From: Chrysemys picta bellii
Taxonomy: Eukaryota
Reading direction: 5' to 3'
NCBI RefSeq assembly: GCF_011386835.1
Contig: NC_088810.1
Location: forward strand, 23,808,001-23,872,000
DNA length: 64,000 nucleotides
Shown: one piece after another, positions 46,127 to 56,400 of the stretch
Numbering within the stretch: position 1 is the first letter of the stretch
Layout of the letters: the number at the start of each line of letters is the position of its first letter
Made by a program: the position numbers and the translations under genes
Notes under the pieces: generated by a model
Told to the model about the DNA's origin: nothing
Databases searched by the model: none
What the model saw: the letters and a program-made list of their open reading frames with translations, nothing else

Positions 46127-46204
46127 TATTTAAAGTGACTGACCAGCCAACTCAGGCTCACTCTGCCAGAGCGCTGAGCCAGCCGGCTGTGCAGGGGAGC
46201 CCAG
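46127..46204 (+). promoter_or_regulatory. S100A1: S100A1 TATA-like box (TATTTAAA 46127-46134) and non-coding exon 1 ending at 46204 (alternative end 46244)
   Basis: TATTTAAA followed by CAG|GTGAGC donors at 46205 and 46245. The exon-2 acceptor ttcttgcag ends at 47025. Confidence 0.65.
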
Positions 46205-47035
46205 GTGAGCCCAGGGGCCGGGCGGCAGTTCAGGTGGGGCCCAGGTGAGCCCGAGGCCTGGTGGCTCTACAGGAGTGAAGGGCTACAGGCAGTGATTCCC
46301 TCCAGAGGTGTCACCCTTGCTCTGATCTGGCCCCCTTTGCTCCGGTTGGATCAGGGCTTTTCTAGTGGGGCCAGCAGCTGTCTCCCAGCTCTGGACACAG
46401 CCAGGCAGGTGGAGACCAATAGCCCTGGGTCAGAGCTTGCTTTGTGCGGGAGGTGGGGATGGGGCAGCCAGAAGCTAGGGGGGGCTCCGAACCTGTTTGT
46501 GCCACAGGTGCCCTCTGACCCCTCAGCCCTGCAAGGGCCCTGGCTGGGGCAGAGGGGAGCAGTGGGCAGGAACAGGAAGGCCCCCCCGGGCAGGTGCCCC
46601 TGCTGCCCCAAAAGTTTCCCTGGGGGACTGGCTAGCTGCAGGGCCTGATCCTGCCCTCCCCCCTGTGGACCTTGTTCATCCTTCCCCGGCACCTCGCGTA
46701 GGCCTTTCCGCCACAGCAAACCTTGTGGCATGAGAACGGGGCTGACCCCCACGCGGCGTGGGGCAGGGCGGTCTCCTGGCCCAGTCCCGGCTCGTGGCTC
46801 TTTGGTGGCCTGGATGCCAGCCATCCCCAGAACCGCCACCACTCCTCGGCCCCACGTTGGCAGCCTCTGTGAAGAGACCAGGGGCTGGCTGGGCCCTGCA
46901 GGCCGCTCTCCCCACCCGTGGGTCCCTCCAGGCACGCTGGCAGGGTGGGGCTATGCCCTTCCCCAGCCCCCCATCCGTGCCACCCGGGGTCCGGGCTCCT
47001 CAGTCCTTCGAGGTGCTTCTTGCAGAGCCGGCGCG

Positions 47036-47859
47036 ATGGCCTCTGAGCTGGAGCGTGCCATGGAGGGGCTGATCACCGTCTTCCACAACTACTCGGGCAA
47101 GGAGGGCGACAAGCGCAAGCTGAGCAAGAAGGAGCTGAAGGAGCTGCTGCAGACGGAGTTGGGCTGCTTCCTGGAGGTAGGGACCAGCCCTGGGGGCGGG
47201 AGCAGGCAGGCCTAGGGGACCGCCCCAGGCACTGGGCGCCCCCGCCATTCCAGCGCGGGGACCCCTGGGCCGGCGCTCCCCCGCGGGCCTGGCCTCCCCT
47301 CTCGTGAGTGGTCGCCAGCAGCAGAACCATGCCCGGGCCCGGGGCAGGACGGTTGTTCCCTCGGGCTTGGGCCGGAGAAGGTTCCCACATGCCCGGTGCT
47401 GGCCTCCCAGCCCCTCCCAGGCTGATGGGTCTCTCTGGTATGAAGTCTCCCAACATTCCTCTCTTAAGTCCCGGGCTCCTAATTGCTTCTCCTCCCCCAC
47501 TGCAGCTCTAACCCTTCTCCTCCCCCAAACTAGGGCCTCTTCCATCCAGGGCCAGGTAGATAGCCCATGCCTCCAGCTTCCCACTCACTCTCTCTGGGGG
47601 CCTCTCACTGGGGACCCCCCCAGCCGCCTGGGCCCCTTTCCTCTCCCATGGGGTAGCCCCCCTCCCTGGGCCGCATGCGCTAACCCTGCCTTCCCCGGGG
47701 GTGTCTCCGCTGCAGACCCAGAAGGACGCGGGCACCGTGGATGGCATCATGCAGGACCTGGATGAGAACGGCGACGGGGAGGTGGATTTCAAGGAGTACG
47801 TGGTGCTGGTGGCCGCTCTTACCGTGGCCTGCAACGCCTTCTTCTGGGAAGACACCTGA
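47036..47859 (+). CDS. S100A1: S100A1, 94 aa; CDS join(47036..47176,47716..47859)
   Basis: [47 protein letters not shown] | [47 protein letters not shown]. Pseudo-EF loop [14 protein letters not shown] and canonical loop [12 protein letters not shown]. The [17 protein letters not shown] tail matches recalled S100A1. Junction GAG|gtaggg ... tgcag|ACC. Confidence 0.97.
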
Positions 47860-47963
47860 GCGGGGAGCCTGCACCACCTGGAGCCCCCTAGAGCTGCACA
47901 TCCCGCCCCCCCATTCTGAGCCAGCCGCCGGCATCCTCTCTAACCAGCTAGACAGAGCTACTC

Positions 47964-47969
47964 ATTAAA
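47964..47969 (+). terminator. S100A1 polyadenylation signal (ATTAAA)
   Basis: ATTAAA about 105 nt after the stop codon. Confidence 0.65.
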
Positions 47970-49282
47970 GGCACCAAACCCACCCCAGTGTCCCGCCCCT
48001 TCCTCTGAGCCTGGGAGTGACACTGAGCAGCGTGGGGAGGGGGACACTGCTGCAGTGGGGCTAGAGGAGTTTTGGGGTGAGGGGGAGCTCCTGGTCCCCA
48101 GATCGACATTATCCCTGGTGTTAGAAAAGGGTGGAGGCCATGCCGTGGAGCTGGGCTCAGGGCTCTCAGCCTCGGGGGTTCCCTGGGGGGCATGAGCCAT
48201 CCATTTCCAGGACAGTGCCAGGTGAAGGAGAGTCGCTCCTCCGGTCACCCCAGCCACCAGCGAGACACACACCCCTTCGCTCTCCACACCCCTCCCCACC
48301 GGGCCTCTCGGACCCTCCTCCTCTCACCCATGAGCCAAGCAACTGCCCCCGTCCCCAGGCCTTGTTCCTTTGCTTGCCCTCGCCTCAGTGCTGGGAGCGC
48401 AGGCCGTACGCTCTGGCGTAACCCAAGTGCCTCAGCCGGGATCACTGCTAGTTTGGCCCTTTCTCTTCCCACATTCACGCCCATTCGTAGCTGGCACCAC
48501 GTGGCACAGGGCCCACCAGGCGGGATCCCTGCCCCAAGCAGGCCGGTCTCTGTAGGAAAGGGAGGCAGGAGCGGAAACGGGGACACAAGGGGGATGGATG
48601 GGAAAAGGGGCAGGAGAAGCGCGGGTGACAAGGGGGTGGCTGGACAGCCTCCTGCTGGGGTGGTAGGAAATTCACAAACACGGTGCTGCACCCATTCCCC
48701 AGGGGGAAGAACCCGTTCCTAGCTCCCTTCCCAAGAGCCGGGCGCAGCCAGGAGCCCAAGAAACAGCCTCCTCTGACTGGTACCGGCTGTGCCGCTGAGC
48801 TGCACGCAGCGCGGGGAGTGCCACCTTGTGGGCCTAGCGGGGCTGACACGGAGCGGATTTGACACTTCTCTGGGACGGGGCCAAAGCACTTTGCAAACTA
48901 GATACCGATGCTGCTGAGCTGCAGCCACCTCTGGGGTGGAGGGTGATCATCTGTGCACAACGGTCAGGAACAGAAGGGAAGCTCGAAGCCTGTGATGCAG
49001 AAAACGGCATCAAACCCCTAGCAGCAGATAATAAACTGATCTGTCACAGCCACAGAGACAAACCCACCACATTTCAAGGGAACACACGTACTCTGTGGGA
49101 TGTGATAGTTCTCTGACAACAAGGTAAGCTAGGAGTAAACCCACTGCAGTCAGTGGAGTTATGGAGCAGAATCAGGCCCACTAAGCAAGAAAGAACGCGA
49201 TGAGCCAGTCAAGGGCTTGTTTAAAACATCTTTTTAAATTGTTTTGCCATAGTGAAAGCGATATTAACCGTGATCCCCAAGG

Positions 49283-49592
49283 CAGTGTTGCCAAGTACGG
49301 TGATTTTATCATAAGCCTCCTGATATTTGGTGTTTTTCTTAAAGTCCGGCTCCTGGAGTTACGAGATGGCAGGACGCTCTCAGCTTTCATTTACAGACAA
49401 AAATCCTGGGGGTTGTGGAGAAAAGCTGGAGAATGTGAATCAATACAACCCTCAAGCCTCCAGAACCAGCAGGGAAATAGAAAGAACCTCACGTTGATTA
49501 TGTTTTAAAATCTCGGCATTTTTAATCCACTCTCGTGATTTTTTGAGGGCTGACTCGCGCTTGTTGAAAGCTTGAGGTTGACGCTAATGCTG
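49283..49592. mobile_element. hAT-like MITE (CAGTGTTGCCAA type); related fragment at about 8385-8462
   Basis: cagtgttgccaa...gatatttggtgtttttcttaaagtccggctcctggagt shares clear similarity with 8385-8462. The right TIR is decayed. Confidence 0.5.
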
Positions 49593-50899
49593 CGTGTGTA
49601 ACGCACACGACATTCTTCACCACAGCCGCTTACTTCCGCAAATACAAAGCCACAAGCACAATAGCGGATGCATTCTCCCAGGAGTGCACAAATCTTGATT
49701 AGAAACCCATGGTGCCACTGCCAGCTGGAGCAACAGAGCGCCGGAGCGCTGAAGTCTGCCCTCTGCAGTGCTGGTGCACATGTGGAGTAATTCAATGGGG
49801 AGCAACATCCGTGTGAGTGAGCCTTATTGTCTTTTTCTTAGTTTTTACCAATTTCCTGCCAGTTCCACCCCCTTGGCAGGCCCAGAATGGTAAATGGGCT
49901 GGTACCTTTGCAAGCTGAGACTTTCTCCTGATGCTTGGCATCTCATGCACTACATTTGAAGCCTTTATTTTAAATAAACCCATGTTGTTTCGAAGAAAAC
50001 CTGCAAACCATGAACGGAGTGTAACGGATGCGTCGACCTGCGCCTCTGCAGACAGCCTGAGCTCTGGGAGATGTCAGCTTGTCCAGTTGACACAGAAGCG
50101 GGTTTGTTAGCTGGTTTGCTGCTGAGCCGAGCAGGCTGGAGGAATTTCATATTAGACAGATCTGTACAATCAACTGGACTTATTTTGGTGTCATGAGCGG
50201 GCAGGGCTTGGGCCAAGGACTTCTGACCCCTGAGCCGGGTAGGGTGAAGGGCCACAATCGGATAGATAACTCACAGGAAGTGCGGGCTTCATCCACTCAG
50301 CATGCTAATCACCCAACCCTGAGGGATCCCCTTATGGGAGCCCGAGGGGGAGTTCAGTCCCTGAGGCCTCTGCTGATGGTCGCTATCACCTGAACATGGA
50401 CCTAGAGCGAGATCCCAGCCCTGCCCCTCGACCCTCACACAGAAGCAGCCACGCGCTGGAACGGCTTTGGGGGCATGGCCAGACCCGTCACTGAGTTCTC
50501 CCAGCCCACCACCCACCCTGCAGGGCAACTGCTGCTGCCAGGTTATCCCAGCCAGAGCTGGGGAGCCCCCCATACCCAGCTGCTTCCAGAGGGGCCACAC
50601 CCCAGGACTCCCACAACTGGGCTCCCTCCACCCAGCCCAGGCCTCACAATCCATGCCCCCCCCTTCCAGCCCAGGGTACCCCCCATCTGCACTGGGGCCT
50701 GAGCTGCACCCCCTCAGGCCTGGGGCCCTGTCCTCTGCCCCAGTGCCCCCATATCCCCGCCTGCCCCCACTCCTGGGGCCCTCAGAGCCAAAGCTCCGCC
50801 CATGAGGCCCTCCCAGGCCCCGCCCTCTGCCCCAAGTCCCGCCCCCTCCCGAAAAGGGAGAGGTCACATGGCTCAGCCCCTCCCCCCCCCCGTCCGGGG

Positions 50900-51400
50900 G
50901 AGGGGAAGAGAAGGAGTGATCACGTGGTGCAAGGCCCCGCGAGGGGCGAGCGGAGTCACGTGGGCGCGTTCTCGCGGCTGCGCAAAACGCGGCGGCCGGT
51001 CGCCATTTTCCCCGGCTCGGCGCGCGGGGGGAGTAGGGAAGGAAGCGGCGGCCATTTTGTTTTCGGCGCTCGAGAGCGAGTGCAGCGGGGAGCGGGCGGA
51101 GGGGACGGAGCCCCACGGAGCCAGCCCCGCGCCCCACCCCCGCCCCGCAGCCCCGCCCGGAGTCCTGGCGACCGTCTGCTTCGGTGACAGAGGGGCCCCG
51201 GGGGGGCGCGGGGGGCCCGGCGCGGGGATCGCCATGTGGGGAGGAGGGGTCTGGGTCTGGGTCTGGCCCCGGCCCGGCGAGCCCTCCCTGGAGCGGAGCC
51301 GGCGGGGCCCGGGACGGGCGAGCCAGGCCGGGGGGAGCCGGGGGGGTCCCGCCGTGCCCGGTCTGCGAGCCCGGGGCGATCAGCCCAGCAGAACCCTTGG
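50900..51400 (+). promoter_or_regulatory. CHTOP: CpG-island promoter and non-coding exon 1 of CHTOP
   Basis: Very CpG-dense and TATA-less. Two CACGTG E-boxes (50921-50926; GTCACGTG 50955-50962) and two YY1-type GCCATTTT motifs (about 51002 and 51051). Possible donor TCG|GTGACA at 51184 (uncertain). Confidence 0.7.
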
Positions 51401-52080
51401 GGCGAGCAGCCTTCCCGCCCTGCGAGCCAGGCGTGGGGCTGAGAACCGGGGGGGCGGGGGGCTAGCCTAGGCCGGGCCTCCCTGAAACCAACCCCCCCCA
51501 ACCCTTGGGGCGAGCAGCCTTCCCGCCCTGCGAGCCAGGAATGGGGCTGAGAACCGGGGGGGTGGGGGGCTAGCCTAGGCCGGGCCTCCCTGAACACCCC
51601 CCCCCAACCCTTGGGGCGAGCCGCCTTCCCGCCCTGCGAGCCAGGAATGGGGCTGAGAACCGGGGGGGTGGGGGGGCTAGCCTTGGCCGGGCCTCCCTGA
51701 TACCAACCCCCCCCCCCTTGGGGCGAGCAGCCTTCCCGCCCTGCGAGCCAGGCGTGGGGCTGAGAACCGGGGGGGTGGGGGGGCTAGCCTAGGCCGGGCC
51801 TCCCTGAACACCCCCCCCCCACCCTTGGGGCGAGCAGCCTTCCCGCCCTGCGAGCCAGGAATGGGGCTGAGAACTGGGGGGCCTAGCCTAGACCAGGCCT
51901 CCCTGAACACACACACACACACACCCCCGACACACACACACGCTTGGGGCTAGCAGCCTTCCCGCCCTGGCTCGCTTGGGGGGGGGGGGGTACTAGCCTA
52001 GGCCAGGCCTCCCTGAATACACACACCCCAACACATACACGCTTGGGGGGGACGGGGACTAGCCTAGGCCAGGCCTCCCT
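51395..52080. repeat. About 107-bp G-tract minisatellite in CHTOP intron 1 (5 good and 1-2 decayed copies)
   Basis: ttggggcgag at 51397, 51505, 51611, 51718 and 51825; decayed units at 51944 and 52043. Confidence 0.95.
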
Positions 52081-52801
52081 GACCCCCCCCCCCCCCCCCC
52101 CCCCCGTTGTAAACTGGGCTGTGCAGGGGGCTCCAGAGCTCGGGCCTTGCGCCTCATCTCTGTGACTCCGGGCGCTCTGGGCTGAGTTCCCTGCATTAGG
52201 TGTGTTGCTAATAATACAGCTGCGTGGCTGGCGCGGGTCCGAACTTCACTGGGGGATAGATTCCAGCCTCCCTTGGGGGCCAACATCTTCCTCGGGCGTG
52301 GGGCCCTGTCCGGGCAGGGGTTCAAATACCAGCTTTGTTGCTATTCTGCTTCCCTGACCACTGGGGTGGGGATTTTTTGTCAGAGAACCATGTGAGGCTC
52401 TTTATGAACTGCCTGTTTAGACGCATCCCAAATCTGAAAATGGACATGACTGTACCGCTGGTCTCAAACAATATCCCTGTCCAAACAAGCGGTGGACGTC
52501 AGTTGTGTTGCTGGCTGCTGGTGTAATTCGGCTGCAGCACGGATGGGCCCATAACGGCTCTATAAAAAGCAAAAATGTTGAATAAGGTTATAATGGGTTT
52601 GGTGTGCAGTTGCGAGGCATAGCCCCCTTCCTTGGGCCATCAGCCTAGTGTTTGGCACACCTAATACCTGTGCGGGGACTGCTTGCAGGGGAGGGAGCAT
52701 TGGTATAATTTGGCTAGGGTCTGACAACTGATGCCACAGTTCCAACTGAGGTAATAACTTGGATAGAGGAAATATTGCATCCAGAGCCTTAATGCCTAAT
52801 G

Positions 52802-53002
52802 CAGTGGTTCTCAAACCTTTGTACTGGTGACCCCTTTCACACACCCCTTTATAAATTAAAAACACTTTTTTATATATTTAACACCATTATAAATGCTGGA
52901 GGCAAAGCGGGGTATGGGCTGGAGGCTGACAGCTCGCGACCCCCCATGTAATACTCTCGCGGCCTCCTGAGGGGTCCCGACCCCCAGTTTGAGATTCCCT
53001 CG
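52802..53002. mobile_element. hAT-Charlie-like MITE in CHTOP intron 1
   Basis: CAGTGGTTCTCAAAC ... GTTTGAGA termini with a partial 8-bp TSD gcctaatg / gcctagcg. Confidence 0.7.
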
Positions 53003-53422
53003 GCCTAGCGTATCAGAAACTGAATCCAGAATCAGAAAGATTAATTGCTACTGCTCTCCTGCTTAGAAAAACATAACCTCATTGAAACCAGCCAGTTAGA
53101 AATGATCTTCACCAGGCTGTTCATGGCATACAGAGGTGAGATCTTCACTGAAAGTCGAATTTAGTGTTCCTGTGGCATTAATCTGACATACAATTGAGAA
53201 ATGAGATAATAAACTAGTGAGTTATGCTGAAACTTACCTTTTAGGACATTTCACGATGCCATGAAGTGCACTGCTAGCGCAATCACATCACTGATTTACA
53301 TGGTTCTTGGCTGTCTCCACACACACAAGTTTGGCTTGGTAAATCTAGCCAAATAATTTCATGGGCTCAGTTCTTCTTACTAAATCTGGCTATTGTTCGT
53401 TTCAGACGATCGTGATCTGAAG

Positions 53423-56400
53423 ATGGCTGCGCAGTCAGCGCCGAAGGTTGTGCTAAAGAGCACCACCAAGATGTCTCTGAACGAGCGGTGAGGAAGCCAA
53501 CAGCAACTTCAGCTCATAAGAAATTTTTACTTAATTGTCACTGTGTCCAGTGTCCAAAACCAACGTGGTTTCTGCCCTGTTTTAACCTAACTAAAAAAAA
53601 AAAAAGCAGGTGGCTATGCGCCTCTGTCTTAAGCCGCAACAGATGTGGTACACGAGGTTAAAAGGGCAATTATTTTGGAGGATTTTGTCAGTAGCTGTTA
53701 ATATTAAACTATATGAGACGTAAATGTGGTGGGATGTCTTATTAAAAAAAGAGAGAGAAACCTCGCACCCTCCCTTTTTCTTCCACGTTTTTACATTTTA
53801 TATAGTTGACCACTGCAGCATGGTAGCATGTTACCGAAGCTGCAGAAGGCTTGCTGCTTTGTCCAAGGGAGACACGCATGTGGTGTGGTCTGGCCTGTAA
53901 GAGGCACGCAGCAGGCCACCAAACCAGCCCAGAGGCCCTTTAACAATGTTCTTGGGCCTTGTAAGAGGCAAATGCTTTGCTTCATCTCCATCGCTTTCCT
54001 TTCTTGGCACTGCTTTCTTTTTATTTCCTCTCTTACAGAGCCTTCCGCTCTTTCATGCCATTAAGCTTTTGCACATCTATAGTGATGAACTAACAGTGAC
54101 GCTTCTGATCATATTTCACTTTCTCACTAACTCACTCTCCGATTAAATGTTAATATCATTAAGCCCAGGAGAAATGAAGCCATTTATATGCAGTCCTTAT
54201 TCCAATGTGCACTGCAGTGAGCAGTAATCTTAGCCAGTGCTTGCGGTTTATGGCCAGCCAGGCAGATAGGTACGGTACAGGGGAGTTACCTGCCTGTTAA
54301 TTGTGTTAGTTCCAGCCAGACCACACTGAGCACTTTGTAGTGCTCAATTTCACTGTCATTTGTAGCTATTAGGATACTGTAGAAACTGATTACTGGTGAG
54401 GAAGCTGGTATGTTCACGCCACATAATTTTTAAAGGCAGAAAATCCCTAATGCACCAAAGAAATTTCCAAATGCCAACGAAATTGTAGTCTAAACGAATG
54501 CACTTATATGGTGGCACCTCTTATGGTGATAGAATTGTCCTCCTTATAAGTATTATGCCAGACCCTTGATTTTCTGTTGTCAGTGACACAACTCTCATAA
54601 ATATGCTTACTGCCCTCAAACTATTAAACAGTTTCCCCCCTAAACAATCTGTCTTGGCTTTTGCAGTCAGATTTCAGTTTGCTTTCCTGTTTCTTTGTCA
54701 TGTCTTCTGTCTCTCATGTCCATTTCTGCTTGTTGCTTGTTTTTCATAACTTCTTCCACCTTTAAAAGCAGTAGCTTAAAACTTGATCACTTTTGAATTA
54801 ATATGTTGCACTTATCCAAATCTGCATTTCCTATTCTAGCACGTTTGTGGAAAACGAGGAATACATAACTCGCATATGACATGATCTAAGTGTACCACTT
54901 TTTACATAAAGTTCATGGGATCTGGAGCTCCAGTCTTGAGAGCCATGAAATGCCATAAATGTTTGTAATAAAACTTTATTTAAACATCCATTTTGTTCGA
55001 CCTTGAAGCTTTACTAATATGCTGAAGAACAAACAGCCGATGCCAGTGAATATTCGGGCTACCATGCAGCAGCAGCAGCAACTGGCCAGTGCCAGAAACA
55101 GAAGACTGGCCCAGCAGATGGAGAATAGACCTTCTGTTCAGGCTGCCTTGAAGCTTAAGCAGGTGAGAGAAAGTGTCCTATTCCACTGCAGACAGTTGGT
55201 GATGCCTGTCAGCAGCTGGTGGCTTTTCAGGATATGAGAATTTTTCAAGATGTCACTTGAAAGTAAGAGCTGAGAATGTTTGGAGGGACTTCAAGAGAAT
55301 TTCAGATTGTCACTGCAGATAAGTAATGCTTTATAGCTTGTTAATTAGTTAGTCTGTCGTGTCTTCTGTTGGTTATTGTTTGTTTAAATTTCCTCCTTTG
55401 CTATTTTTCCAGAGGAGAGAACAACCTGAAATTTCACAGCTTGTTCCCTCTCCCCCCACATAAATGGTCTGATTCCAGTTTTCTGGATCTGCTGAATTCT
55501 TAATGCCTTAATCTAGCTTCTGTTGCATCGCAACATATTAGCTCTTGTTCCCTGTTAGTGCCTCTCTTTTTTTTTTTTTTTTGAGGAGTCGGGGTCTCTG
55601 CCTGTTTTTTTCTTGTTTTATGCTATTGCCAGCAGTTGTCTGAACAAGAACTACATGAACTAAAACTGAGTTCTTGGTTTCTCGTAAATTCTTGCTAAAG
55701 TAACAAGAATCTTACTCTTCCTGTTATCCACATAGACTGACTGACCAGAGCTGTATGCTACTGAGCAGCCCAAAAGTTGGCTTCCATTTGAATGTCCAGT
55801 GTGGAACAGCAGGTCTGAGAAAGGTGTATTCATATGGAGTTGTACATCACATTTAAATAGTGCCTGTGCATTGCTCAGTGAATGGGGTCTGCTAGATGTG
55901 AGCCCTTGTTGATAAGTGGTGATTAGTGTATGGTGCCCGAGAGGCAGTTAGCTATGTTACTGGTGCGAAGTGCTGCTTATCAGAGTATCTCAAACTGTAA
56001 AGAATGTAACGTGCTGTATAACAGAGCAGAGAGAGACTTGGAGAGTGTCTCTTGAAATTTGTATACGTATGGTGCATGGAAAACTGGAATTAAAACATGG
56101 GTCTGGGGGGTCCTGCTACACTGCTGTGTGCTAGCTTTAAATAGCAGCCCTGCATGACTCGAATACAGTAGTCATTAAATATAATCCCAGACATCTTTGG
56201 GCACACTAGGAGAGAGCTGTGGAAGGTTCCTATTTGAGCGGCTTCGTCACATAACTGCAATCTTGATCTGACTCTTGTGCTGGAGTTTGGTGTTTGTTCT
56301 TGCATGAAAAGGAATGTAACTGCATTGCACTCAGAGCCTACTGTCCCGAAAATCAGAACCAGGTGCTAGTAAGAGAAACTTTCTGTCTGGAGCTTCTAAA

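Noticed and set aside
50289-51597. Overlapping 200-280 aa ORFs
   Set aside because: Expected in a CpG island and the adjacent minisatellite.
53813-53930. Two hairpins as an intronic H/ACA snoRNA
   Set aside because: No clear ANANNA hinge or terminal ACA at the right spacing. Kept only as a structured-intron observation.
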